64,000 nucleotides of DNA from Octopus vulgaris. Its lineage: Eukaryota. Both the position numbers and the translations under genes were made by a program. Shown piece by piece: positions 36,331 through 49,792 of this stretch. Every line of letters begins with the position of its first letter. Position 1 is the first letter of the stretch. The notes under the pieces are model-generated. The model was not told where the DNA came from. It worked only from the letters and a program-made list of their open reading frames with translations, and made no database searches. Where the stretch lies: contig OX597821.1 in NCBI GenBank assembly GCA_951406725.2, forward strand, positions 38,750,001 through 38,814,000, read 5' to 3'.

Positions 36331-39300
36331 ACTAACCCCACCTGACATGAGTCCCGGGCTCAGCTGGCTCTGGCTGACAGTACCCGGTATGGGCCCCTAT
36401 CCAGGGTTATGGTAAGGATACAACCTTCAAAGAAATCCAGAGTGGAGCCCTGTAGGCAGTTTAGTGTTCGTTTCGACACTCTTCCAGCAGCTCCTGCAAC
36501 CAAACTGGTGCTAAATGTAATGCTCTGCACTTCTTTGGACTATCTCAGCAAGGTCAAGAGAGGAATCCTGATGATTGGGCTACCCAGGATTTTCTTACAT
36601 CTAGCCCAGGCCTGTGCAAAACAGGAGAGGATATGAAATGTAAAAACCAGACTGGATTAGTTTATGCCCAACTCCATTGTCTCCTGAGACAAAAGGATGC
36701 CAACAAAAATGAAAATGTATCAGGTGAACAGGAAATGTTTAGGACTGTTGAGTTATGTAGTCCTCAGTTCAATTCCACTTGGTGATGCCTTGAACAATTG
36801 TTTCCCACTAGGACTTTGGACAAACTCTAACCATCTGACAAAAACTGTGAGGAAGCCTGTCATGGGTTGTATTCATAATTGAAAGGGTCAGCTTTCTTAC
36901 ACCCTGTGTCTTGGTAATACTGCTTCAGGATTATGTTAAGGGTCCATCTGTCTGTGGAATACTCAGGCACATACATGTTAACTCAATGAGCTCACATTTC
37001 ATTTGACTGAACTACTTCAATACTCATCACTAAAACTGACAGTGGCTACATCTTTTTTTATTGGAAGAGATATTAGATTAGCTCTTTGATTTTTACTTTT
37101 CTATATGGAAAGAGATGTAAAAAGGGAAATGACAAGATAAATAAGGTATTGAGTTGTCAAACCAAAAGTAGTTTAGATCAAATTACTGCATTTAAGAAAA
37201 AAGACATATTTGGACAGAACACTAAATTCAACAGACTTCAGTTCCATAAGTTGACAAAACACCTTGTTCAGAACACTATGGAACACTTAATTCATCAGAT
37301 TTCAGTTCACTCCTGGAAATGTTCATGGGAAAGAAAAGTATTTAGTCTAACAAAAGATCTCTTTCCAATCTGCTCCCTTGTAAAACCTTGGAGCTTACTA
37401 TTGGCCCATAAAAATCATTTAGGTTTTATTCAGATTTAACTACATTTATCATTCGTGTTTATCTTCTATCATTATACAAGAGGCATTTACTCCAATTTGT
37501 TTGCTAATCTTACTTCAAAATAAACCTGCTTTACTCATTTATGTCACTGGTGTTGAGTTTGCCTCTTTTGATGGTACTCCAACCACTGAAGTTCTAACAC
37601 AAATATTGGTAATAAATATTGATGATAATGTAGTTTCTAGTTCTGAAAAATGAAGATCAGTCTTTACCTCATATCAAAGGAAGCAGCAGTTTAAGGATTA
37701 ATATTTATGGGATCATATTCAAATAAAGACATTATTCTCTATGACTCTTGTTCTTCCAAGATCTACAAAATAAGTACCAGTGAACCACTGAGGTCAATCT
37801 AACAGTTCATTCCTGTCTTGTAAAAATATCTAGTATTGTACTTATGTTAAAAATGATTATTATCAACAACATTATCTTCTGTTGTATTCCCTGATGGCAT
37901 AGGTGTTGTCTACTAGACAATGAAATAATGTCTTTTCCCATCAATTCTAATCACTCCAGACAGAAAATACATTTCACAAAATATTACCAGCTTCAAGCAA
38001 TACCATTTTGTAATGGTGTTGATATTTATCTTATTGTTATTTGTCATTGTTTGATGGAAGCTTTTTGGTGGAACAAATTCAGTGCACAGAATAGTATTTG
38101 TTTGAGAAATGGCATCCTTCTCCAGAATGAGAACTCTAATTTTAGTTTTAGACATTTATCATTAAATTCGTTTTTGACATTACAGTGGTTTCTCTGTGAA
38201 GCAAGGTTAATCACAAAGCATCTTTCGGTTTATAGACCACAACAACATCCGATCTCTGATTCAGCCGGTTGTGGTGCAAAAGTCTCGGCCTTTTTATTGC
38301 TGTTTGACTCATTTTTCTTTTGACCTCATGCTAGAACAGGAGGGTCAGAGTCGTTATGATTTGTAGGTCAAATTGAAGCATAAACTAAATTATGTAGCCT
38401 GGAATAAGGACAATTATCCCTTAAGACTTTATTCCTAATATGTTAAAGAAAAAAAAAAGGGGGGTCAATATACATTATAACAATTTTAATAACAATGACG
38501 GAAAGAATGCTACGATGTATTCTTGTTTTCATTTATACATTAGTAAAGATATAATATTCGATGTTTGTAAAGTTTGTGTACAGAGTAGTGCAGGCATAGT
38601 TGTGTGGTTCAGTTGTTTGCTTCTCAGCCTCATGGTTCATGGTTCAGTCTCAGTGTGTGACACTTTTAGCAATGTCTTCTACTATACCCTTTTGCTGTCC
38701 ACAGCTCATCTTCTTCCAGAGGGTATGTACTTCCCAGGTAAATCCAGGCAGTATTTCAGCAGAGTTTTGAATGTTGCATTCATGTTGAAAGAATAGATTA
38801 AGTGGTTAGCTAGTATGAAAATGGTCGATGTGGGTGTATAGAGTGAGAAAGACAGATATCATGATAGACAGATATGGGTGTGAGTGAGAAGAAAGAAAAG
38901 AAAGGAAATAGGGTAGGTGTGACAAACACATCATCATTATTTAATACACACACACACACACATACATGTATATACATATATATACACACACATCATCATC
39001 ATCATTTAACATGTATATATACATACACACATAAGTACAGTTCTAGTAAGACCTTTGAGTGAGAAAGAAGCACTGATTTGACTAATTAAAATTGGTATTA
39101 ATTACATCTCTAGTTTACATATATAGTTTACAGAAAACTTTTAGATTAAAACATTATTTTTATAAAGTTGCACTGGATGCAGGAGAAGGCAGATGGAACA
39201 TTACTGTGCATTGGATGCAATTCAGAGGTTGTGTTCAACACCCCTGTGCTTGTGTCTCCTAGATGGCATGTCTCATTTTTACACAAGTACTTCACTTAAG

Positions 39301-39486
39301 GGAACTAAATAGAGGCTTTGTTTATCTCTTTAAATCTCTTCAATGCAACTACATTCAGAGTTTCTTCTACTTTAAGTCAATGTATATGGCAGGTGCAATG
39401 TACAGCCATATATATATACATACATATGTATATATGTAAGCATAAATGTAATTCTTTACCCAAATATAACTGCACTTCAAATTCAA

Positions 39487-39568
39487 GGCTCTGATGAAGC
39501 TATGAGAATGTTACTCAGGCACTCAACTATGAATCCACTGCATCTTATAATAGAAACAGCTGTAAAGT
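39487..39568 (+). ncRNA. Type I hammerhead motif, core intact, helix I decayed
   Basis: ggct-CTGATGA-agctatgaga...tcttataata-GAAAC-AGCT-GTA-aagt. Confidence 0.6.
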
Positions 39569-39699
39569 AATGAAGTTCATCAGACAATTGTCTCTTCCTT
39601 TGTCTTCTCATTTTCTAATTACCGCTCTGTACTCAAGTAATGCGTCATTCTGAAGCATATGTATATTGCCTAAGTGAAATATATCTCATCATATTCATT

Positions 39700-40310
39700 G
39701 TTGTCATTAACTGTCTGTTTTCCATGCTGGTATGGGTTAGATAGTTTCTCTGCAGGTTGTAAACTGAAGAACTGCACCAGGCTCCAGTCTGTTTTGGTTT
39801 GGTTTCTATGATTGGGTACTCTTCCTAATATCAACCACTCCACAGAGTGAACTGGGTGCCTTTTGCGTATCACTGGCACAGGTGCCTTATATGTGTCACC
39901 AGCACGGGTGTCTTATATGTGTCACCAATATGGGTGCCGTTTATGTGTCACTGGCACAGATGCCTTTTTATATGTTACCAGCATGGGTGCCATTTATGTG
40001 TCACTGGCACTGACCATGAACATAATATCACTTAGTTTTACATTTCTTCTCAGACACAAAAAAATTGCCAGAAGACCTGGTCACTTGTTATCACTTCTGT
40101 GAAACTCAGCATCCAAACATTACATTTCCTCATCTCATCCTACATTTTCCTGGGTCTACCTCTTCTACACATTCCTTCCACAATTGCAGATTGACATTTC
40201 TTTATGCAGCTCTCCTCAGCCATATGCACCACACGAACATACCAGTGCATTTAATGCCTCTTATACCCATATTTTCTCTTAGGACACATGCACACTGCAA
40301 CAGACTGTAA
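39700..40310 (-). mobile_element. RTE 3' end with 26-nt repeat array
   Basis: ttccatgctggtatggg tail; six gggtgcc...gtcactggcac units at 39855-40010; HWY-like coding remnant near 40240. Confidence 0.8.
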
Positions 40311-40316
40311 GTGTCC

Positions 40317-40350
<34 letters not shown>

Positions 40351-40355
<5 letters not shown>

Positions 40356-40498
40356 AATTCATAGATAAGGGCAAACGAAAAAATTATATTGTTAATGGAC
40401 AATATGTCCAATTAAATGGTTAATAGACAATATGTCCAATTTTTCGGCATATTTGGCATTAGAAATTTTTTTGTTTGTCCTTATCTATGAATTGTTTA
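40351..40498. mobile_element. Short inverted-repeat element inside (TA)n
   Basis: 35-nt arms at 40351-40385 and 40464-40498 match 33/35; partial second copy at 47461-47503. Confidence 0.8.
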
Positions 40499-40588
40499 TA
40501 AATTTAACCTTTAAAGGTAATTTTTAATATGCTGGCCATTGATAAAATTTTTTTTGGAAAAGAATTTTCGAAAAAGGTTTTATCCTAC

Positions 40589-40623
<35 letters not shown>

Positions 40624-40706
40624 CTATCTAGCTATATACATGTATATGTATATATATACATATATATTTATATATATATATGTATATATATGTGTGTGTG
40701 TATGTG

Positions 40707-40745
<39 letters not shown>

Positions 40746-40960
40746 ATGTGTGTATATAAATTATATATATAACTAGATGTAGATGTCTTTGATTCGCGTT
40801 TTATATGAGAATGAGTGATCAGTTTGTTCTCAGCCTGAACTAATAAGATAAACTCTAGTCACACTAATTGTTTGTTTTCTTGAAATAATCCCTTGAACAA
40901 ACAGTTCTCCACTTGTTTTATTCACAAAGCTTTTCCCTGTCACTCAAAATGATCTCACTA

Positions 40961-41097
40961 TCAGCAGCAGCAGCAGTACCTGTAGTAGTAGTAGTGGTGG
41001 TGGTGGTGGTGGTGGTGGTGTTGGTAGTAGTAGTAGTAGTATGAGTAGGAGGAGGAGGAGGAGGAGGAGCAGAGCAGAAGAAGGAGAAGAAGAAGAA
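40961..41097. repeat. Compound trinucleotide repeat (CAG)(GTA)(GTG)(GTA)(GGA)(GAA)
   Basis: Direct. Confidence 0.9.
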
Positions 41098-41274
41098 TTT
41101 TGACATTTTGCTTTGTTCTTCTGTCCATTCCTTTCTAACTGCTAAATCCTCCATAATTTTTTTAGACAAACCAACAAACTCATTAATAAAGAGTCATTAT
41201 AAACTAAATCTTATAACGAAGCATTATTTCACATTACAGCATTGCCACCATGTTTTAGTTGAGGTGAAATATTG

Positions 41275-41454
41275 ATTTCAAATTTTGGCTCAAGACCAGC
41301 AACTTCAGGCGTGCTGGTACTTAATTCATTGACCCTTGAAAGAACGAAAGGCAAAGTGAACTTCAGCAGAATTTGAACTCAGAACATCAGGACGGACAAA
41401 ATGCTGCTAAACAATTTGCCCAACGTACTAACGATTCTGTCAGCTCACCACCTT
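41275..41454 (-). mobile_element. SINE, Meta-domain-like family, internally deleted
   Basis: Flanked by ttagttgaggtgaaatattg / ttagttgaggtgaaacattg. Confidence 0.85.
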
Positions 41455-41926
41455 AGTTGAGGTGAAACATTGTCATGAAATAACAAAAAAAAAAAATGCT
41501 ATTTGGAACCTCAGTCAAACTGTCCAACCCATGCTAACATGGAAAGCAGACGTGAAACAACATGGATGTTGTATTGCTGTTAGATTTGTTCCTAATTTTC
41601 AGTGGACTAAAATCATTGAAATTCTCCGGTTATGGTTGGGGGATTATTCTGTTATATTTTTGTTTTGTTGTAGGCTTTAGCATGGAAGAAACGGTTTGCC
41701 TGAGAACGTCTGTAGACCTTTTAGATCAAAGACACTGATATGGCTGATGTTTGCATTGAACAAAACCCGAGAATTCTCGAGTAGAGTAATTTCTAGAAAT
41801 CTGATATTCTGAGAATGAGACGCTAAGAAAAATTGGTAGGTTCAGGAAATAATGTGGGACAGGAAGAACATGGAAGGTGAGAGATGACTTTTTAGATAAG
41901 TTTAAGTTAGAGGTGAACTGCAGTAC

Positions 41927-41965
<39 letters not shown>

Positions 41966-42195
41966 AATGAGATGTAGTTTACTTGTGAGTTGTGTGTGTG
42001 TAGTAGGGGCTTCTGTACAGTTTCCAGCTACCAAATTTCAAATTCTGTTTACAAGCAACATGATGTTATGATAGCCAACACTTGCCCGAGATTCCACAGC
42101 AGGGAATCAAACCTAGAATCATATACTTGGGAAACAAACTTGTTAAACACAAATCGTGTATGTGAGCACAGACATACTTTTATACACACGTCTAT

Positions 42196-42198
<3 letters not shown>

Positions 42199-42276
<78 letters not shown>

Positions 42277-42705
42277 ATATATATATATATATAATACATA
42301 TAATATATATATATATCTATATATAATTTATATAATATATATAATACATATTGACAATACACCCAAGTTTTCTCTCTCTTTCATCTTTTTCTTTCATTTC
42401 TTTCTCATCCTCTCTCTTTCTCATCTCTTTCATTCTGTCTCCCACTCTCTCTCCTCTCTCTCTCTCCTCCCGCTCTCATCCTCCCTCTCTCTCTCCCTCT
42501 CTCTCCTCCTATCCCCCTATCAGTCTCTCTCTCTTTCCTCCTATCCCCCTATCAGTTTCTCTCTCTCTTTCTCTCTCCTCTCTCTCTCTTTCTCTCTCTC
42601 TCCCTCTCTCTCCTCTTATCCTCCTATCAGTCCCTCTCTCCTCCCTCTCTCTCTTCCTACTCCCTCTCTCCTCCACCACTCTCCCCCTTTCTCCCTCCCT
42701 CTCTC
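42199..42705. repeat. (TA)n followed by a ~330-bp degenerate (CT)n polypyrimidine tract
   Basis: Direct. Confidence 0.93.
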
Positions 42706-43473
42706 GGTATGTAGGTGGATCAATATCTTTTCTCTGTGTATAGCTGTGTTTTGTTTTTGACACTTTGAATAAGTATGAATTTGAAGAATATATTTTATGT
42801 TTTTAATGTTTTTTAGCAACAATAAAAATAAACCCCCTTTTTTTTTATCTGAGAACAAAGGATTATTGAATCAACGGATGCTTCTTATACATTATTGGTT
42901 TAGCATAATTCTCTCAAATAGACATTATATTGACTATTGATAACATCATTCTTGTTAATGCACATTCACACGCATACATACACCTACACATACCCTGTTA
43001 AAATATACGCACACGTAACTATTCAAACATACACATTCTTCTTAAAAATGGAGCCACATAGACACATACATACATGTATACATACATATTGATCAATATA
43101 GCTACACATATAAATAAACAATATAGATATACGAAACATGTATATAATACACAAACATACACAAATAAAATCATATACATTATAGATAGATTGTACATAA
43201 CAATCATCTGTACACAGAGTATACATAACAGACAATATGCTAGCATCTTATATGACAAACAGATAATACTAAATATGGACACCTCATAGTTAACAGATTC
43301 AATTTGTCTTGGATACCATCCACACAAGCAGACAGCTGTGAAGATGAACACATTTAATTATTAGAACATTAAACAGAGAATGTTTATTCACAGATATGGT
43401 GTGAAAGACAAACATTAGTAAGACATGGTGTTTTTGAAGGTTCACCAACAAAACATAATTCTTTGAGAATATT

Positions 43474-43930
43474 GGTTACAAATCTGGGTACAAGGCCAGC
43501 AATTTTGAGGGAGGGGTAAGTTGATTACACCAACCCCAGAACATAATTGGTACTTATTTTAAGGCGGTGAGCTGGCAGAATTGCTAGCACGCCAGGCGAA
43601 ATACATAGCGGTATTTCATCTGCCGTTACGTTCTGAGTTCAAATTTCACTGAGGTCAACTTTGCCTTTCATCCTTTCGGGGTCGATTAAAATAAGTACCA
43701 GTTATGAACTGGGGTCGATATAATTGACTTAATCCGTTTGTCTGTCCTTGTTTGTTCCTTCTGTGTTTAACACCTTGTGGGTAGTAAAAAAATAGGTACT
43801 TATTTTATTGACCCTGAAAGGAGGAAAAGGAAAGTAGACCTCAGTGGAATTTGAACTCACAATGTAAACACAGACAACATGCTTAGCAGCATTTTCCCTG
43901 GTGTGCTAGCAATTCTGCTAACTCGCCAAT
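43474..43930 (-). mobile_element. Meta-like SINE carrying a nested plus-strand Meta-like SINE (43561-43794)
   Basis: Nested copy flanked by TSD ggtacttatttt (43549-43560, 43795-43806). Confidence 0.88.
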
Positions 43931-44395
43931 TTAAGTTATGAGGATATTAATGATCAAAATAGTTAAGTATGCATACTAATTCATATATCGGTTGTCATGG
44001 CATTAGAGACATACTGACAGATTTGCAGGGGAGCTTTAAAATAAAAGCAAAACATATCTGCAGTTATCTACTCTGTACCTATTGATGAAAAAAATTCATT
44101 CAATTTTTTTTTATTGATATTGATTTTCCTCTGAGCACATGCATAAATATACTTTGGCTGTTTAATGTTGAGTCATTAAAGAAATGTTTACATATCTAAG
44201 CATTATAAATAACTAAAGCAAATATTTTTTAAAAAAAAGTTCTTTGCTTAAACTTTGGTGAATCCTGTAACCATGGTCAACAGTGTTATGCAACAGAAAT
44301 TTTATAACTGGATATACTGCAAGCTGCTAGAGTGTAATGTTGTGATACAGGGTACCACTGTCACACAACACATGCTAGTATCATAATAAATCTGA

Positions 44396-44580
44396 AGGTG
44401 GTGAGCCGGAAGAACCATTAGCATGCTTAGCACTATTTCATTTGTCTTCATGTTCTGAGTTCAAATTCTGCCTTCATCCTTTTGGCATCAATAAAATAGG
44501 TACCTGTTCACCACTGGAGTTGATGTAATCAACTTGCCATCTCCCTTGAAATTGCTCGCCTGGTGCCAAAATTTGAAACC
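44396..44580 (+). mobile_element. SINE, Meta-domain-like family
   Basis: TSD agtatcataataaat / agtatcacaataaat. Confidence 0.85.
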
Positions 44581-46354
44581 AGTATCACAATAAATTGTAA
44601 AATAAAATATTTTTATTGATGTGACTATGTATTGTGAAGTCAAGAGTTTTAAATTCCACATTACATTCATATGTAACACACCCAAGCTATTTATCTCTTG
44701 ACAGCCCATTCCATATTCTTGTAAGTACCTCAAGACAGCATACTTTAATGTTTGAAGGGGTACCTTATTGCCCTCACAATTAATTTACTCCTTTAAACAT
44801 TAAACTTTATTTTCTTGATCCAAGATATTACACTGACAAATAGGCAAATTTAAAATAATGATATGGTAAAGTTTACTAAGGGTGCCCTTTGTATAAAGAA
44901 TATATTGTTAAGCTGCAAAGAAATTACACTTTATTGATGAGGTCTAGGGAGATTGAAACATGTCATCATAGCTATCAAGAATCAGACTAACTCCCCACTT
45001 CTGCATATCTCGGATTCATTTTCAGTCAACTGAAATTTCAAGAGTTCTCTCCTTTGTCATTTTTGAGAACAGATTTCATTAATGCTAATGGCTTGTCTTT
45101 TCATTGTAAGCAAAATTTCTATCGATCAAAATTTATTTCAGACTCACCACCTGAAATATGGATGCTTACACTTACCTATGTGTTCTTCATGGGCAGAAGA
45201 CATCTTGGGAAAAGTTTCCAATGTTATGATTATATTTTGCATACTTAGTGAATTATTTAATATTATCTGTCAGTTGGTAAAGTACACCAAATATTCAAAT
45301 ACATGGGGCCACCCAAAGCAGTGTTAGTGGATTTGGTAGAGTAACTGAAAGCAGCCTGTCATATATCCTTGCATGTGATATATTTGTACCTCTTTACCTC
45401 AATGTCACAGGTGAGTTATAAATGAGCATTGCTGTCTCTAGTTTCTTGTCTTCTCTGAAAACATGTTTGGCCATGGAAAAATATTAGGATATCTGACCAT
45501 AGACGATCTTCCTTGACAAAAGCAAGCATAGAAAAGTGGACATTAAAATGATGAGGATGATGATGATGATGATGGAACTGGAACAAAAATGGTTGCATTT
45601 TAAAAATGAGAGCAACCAATTTCATTTGGTGAAAATGTGATGTACGTTAGATGACATTTTCTAGATTTACTGTGATTTTAGTATCTTTTGAAGAAAGAAG
45701 CAAAATTTACAATGTAATGCAAATTGGATAAAATATATTTTTTTGTGATTTTTAAATTCTAGCGATTTAAAGTCTGGTGCCATAGTTTATGCAAGTTTTC
45801 AGTCTTTAACTCAAATATCAAAAGACATCCAGTACACTCTGTAAAGTGGTTGGTATTAGGAAGGACAGCCAACTGTAGAAACCATACCAAAGCAGAGACT
45901 GAAGCTCAATGCAGTTCTTTAGATCATTGGATTCTGTCTATCCTACCAACCCAAACATGGGAAACAGGTGTTAATTGATGATGGATCCACTTTATTGCAA
46001 ATCTAAACAGGCTATTGAAACTGCAATGCTCAGCAAAATCTGATCCATAAACATTAAAATAGGGAGTTGAAAAATGACTAACATCTGTTAATAAGTATGT
46101 GCACAGGAAAAGTTGCTTAAGTGACCCCACTGATCACAGGTGCTGCACTGGTTGCTTAGGATAACATTCAAATCAATATCAAATTGATATGAAGATTAAG
46201 TAATTAGATATTCAAGTCTCAAATATATAAATTTGGACAATAATCTTTCAGATTTGTAACTGACCTGCATTCATCAATAAACCTGTGATATATTTAATGA
46301 TGTTTGAACAGGTTTATATATCATATTATATGTCATTATATATATATGTCTGTC

Positions 46355-46572
<218 letters not shown>

Positions 46573-46672
46573 ATGACAAAGCTAATAGTGAAGGATCATC
46601 AACCAGGGCAAAATACTTCATAAGTACACCTGGCTAACAATATTGTTTAGATTAGTGAAGACTTTCAGAAAC

Positions 46673-46795
46673 GGCTCTGATGAAAGTAGCATTAATTTTC
46701 TTAGGTTGTTCAATTAACTTCAATTGATCGATAAACCAACTGAGTAAACCTATCAGTAATGAACATATAATGATTACTGGAAACAGCTGTAAGCC
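46673..46795 (+). ncRNA. Type I hammerhead motif with long helix II insertion, core intact
   Basis: ggct-CTGATGA-a-agtagcatta...taatgattact-g-GAAAC-AGCT-GTA-agcc; lies in an island (46573-46851) bounded by (TA)n on both sides. Confidence 0.75.
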
Positions 46796-47107
46796 AAATT
46801 TGCTCTAATAAAGCAATTACATGTAATGGCCATTATTTTTAACATGTTTCTTATATATATATATATATATATATATTTTATTCTTTTATATGTTTCAACC
46901 CTAAGGCTGAGGCCATGCGAGGCAGCAGTAAGCAATGTGTACCAAAAAGGAAAAGTATAACACATTCACTCACATTATATATATATGTATATATGTGTAT
47001 ATATATACATATATACACACAAAAACATACACATATATACACACTACATACATACATACATACATACATACATACATACATTCATACATGTTTGTATGTA
47101 TGTATGT

Positions 47108-47335
47108 ATTCTTCTATTTGTTTCAGTCATTTGACTGAAGCCATGCTGGAGCAGCACCTTTAGTCGAATAAATTGACCCCAGGACTTATTCTTTGTAAGC
47201 CTAGTACTTGTTCTATTAGTATCTTTTGCCCCACTGCTAAGTTACAGGGATGTAAACACACCAGCATCAGTTGTCAAGTGATGGGGAGACAAATACAGAT
47301 ACACAAACATATACATATGCACACACATACATACA

Positions 47336-47371
<36 letters not shown>

Positions 47372-47664
47372 TATATATAGATATATATTTACATATGTAT
47401 GTATATATATATATATATGTATAATATATATATGTATGTATATATATGTATATATGTATATTTTCGGCATATTTGGCATTAGAAATGTTTTCGTTTGCCC
47501 TTACTTATAAGTTATATATATATACGATGGGCTTCTTTCAGTTTCCGTCAACCAAATCCACTCACAAGACTTTGGTCTGCCCAAGGCTATAGTAGAAGAC
47601 ACCCAATGTGCGATGCAGTTGGACTGAACCTGGAACCATGTGGTTGGGAAGCAAGCTACTTACC
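47108..47664 (-). mobile_element. tRNA-derived SINE with CORE-like segment and expanded internal microsatellite
   Basis: tttgtttcagtcatttgactg...ttaccacacagccactcctatgcc. Confidence 0.88.
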
Positions 47665-48357
47665 ACACAGCCACTCCTATGCCTATTGGGGAGAGACGAT
47701 GCAAAGTGCATGTTTAAGTCTCTTGTTTCTTTTACTCATTCTCTGGGAACAAAGCTTTCAATATGAAATTGCAAGTATTCTCATAGCATGTTGTGTTTAT
47801 AGTTTGTTTTCCACAAAATCCTTTCTCGATTCCTAGAAACCATTTTGAAATCATAGATGTAGAACTAGCACAAGAGGTATAAACACATGCATGAGAATTG
47901 GAAAATGTCCCCTTTCTTCATACTTTAATCTGTTCCTAATGCTATCGCAACATTGTGGTGTTTTTGAACAAATAGGTGGGAATGTTGAGATTTCTCACTT
48001 TTCTGAAAGTCTTTCCAGGATGAGCTGAACTCAGCATGGCTATCTAATGAAATATTAAGCAATTTCACAGCATTTAATACCAGTCTTTGCTGCTTTACAA
48101 TTTATGCAAGTTGAATTGAATTGTTGTGTATTAAGTGTGTGGCTAATGAACATAGCAGAGAACCTGCGAAAGGATGCGAAGTAGTGGATATTCAGCCGTG
48201 GTTAGATGTCCTTGTATATCTCAGGCAACAGTAGCTGGTGATTACATACACATGTGTGTGTATGCAGAGAGACGGGGGGGGAGGTAGAAAGAGAGATGAG
48301 GAAAAAAGAAATCTTTTTTTATTTGTTATACATGTACATCTCTCTCTCTTTCACTAA

Positions 48358-48760
<403 letters not shown>

Positions 48761-49409
48761 AATAGGTGTACTGTTGCATGAAGCTTAAAATACATTTCTG
48801 TCTGTAAATACACCTGAACATATGCACAGCTCTACGCATAGAAAGATTCACACTCTACTGCTGACACAGAACAACACACACCAAATAGAAGCCGTTTCCT
48901 CTATTTTCAATGAAAGCTATTATATAGTATATTGGGAAAATATGTAAAAAATGCTATTATAGAGTAGCAGAATGTCTCACGTTGTTAATACAGATTTTGT
49001 CTACACACAACTAAGAGCAGCTAATACCTTTATCTGATTTGTATCGATTTTCATTCCTATCTTCTTTGCTTCTCATCAGCCATATGACTGATAGAGAAAC
49101 TCTCCATCACAAGCTGCCTCTACAACATTCTATAACATTGCTTCTGCTACAATTATATATATATATGTATGTATGTGTGTTTGTGTGTATGTGTATTTGT
49201 GTGTGTGTGTGTGTGTGTGTATGTGGAACTAGTCCCTGTTTGATAAAATAGTCGATGGTTGAAATGACGGTATACTGGACAACAAAGTGTAGCGATTTCC
49301 AGAATTACATTTTGTCCAGGACAAAGACAAATAGCTCTGTCATCCGTCCTGTCTGGCTACCAACAGGTTTTATGCTGAGCAATGGCTCATCATTGCATGC
49401 AGCATTGTA

Positions 49410-49792
49410 GTAATAATAATGATAATAATGAAATTATTGTGTACACTGCTCAGGTGCACCACACCTTGTCAAAAGTGCATATAAAGCATATGCAGTAATG
49501 TATAAATGTCTGGGAAGTGAACAGTGTATGAGTCAGATACATGCTTGCATGTGTATGGATGGGAGAAAATCAGGTGTAGTGTTGGTGAATCTCAGGAAGC
49601 ATGGAAGTTTTGAAGGATGCAGTGCTCCGACAACTAACAACTGATGCCGGCAGTTTGTTCCATACTTCAGCAACTCTTGGCATGAAAAAATGTTTCCAAA
49701 AGTCATGGGAGCTATGCTGTTTTCTGACTTTGTAAACATGTCCACGGGTGTTAGACAGATGGAGTTTGAAAAGGTGCTCAGAGTGTGACTGT
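49410..49792 (-). mobile_element. CR1-clade LINE 3' end
   Basis: HLFKLHLSNTRGHVYKVRKQHSSHDFWKHFFMPRVAEVWNKLPASVV, the established CR1 TRGH...FF..RV...WN.LP C-terminus; (ATT)n tail. Confidence 0.9.

Noticed and set aside
36568-36612. CTGATGA followed by a tgggcta/tagccca stem
   Set aside because: No GAAA box follows the stem.
37508-37656. Minus-strand AG...GT bounded segment
   Set aside because: Stops in all three frames.
38236-38275. accacaac/gttgtggt stem as a possible pre-miRNA
   Set aside because: Only 8 bp pair, the interior is largely unpaired, and it matches no conserved miRNA I recall.
40918-41169. Poly-Pro/Thr/Ala ORF
   Set aside because: Explained by the compound trinucleotide repeat; no supporting splice or homology evidence.
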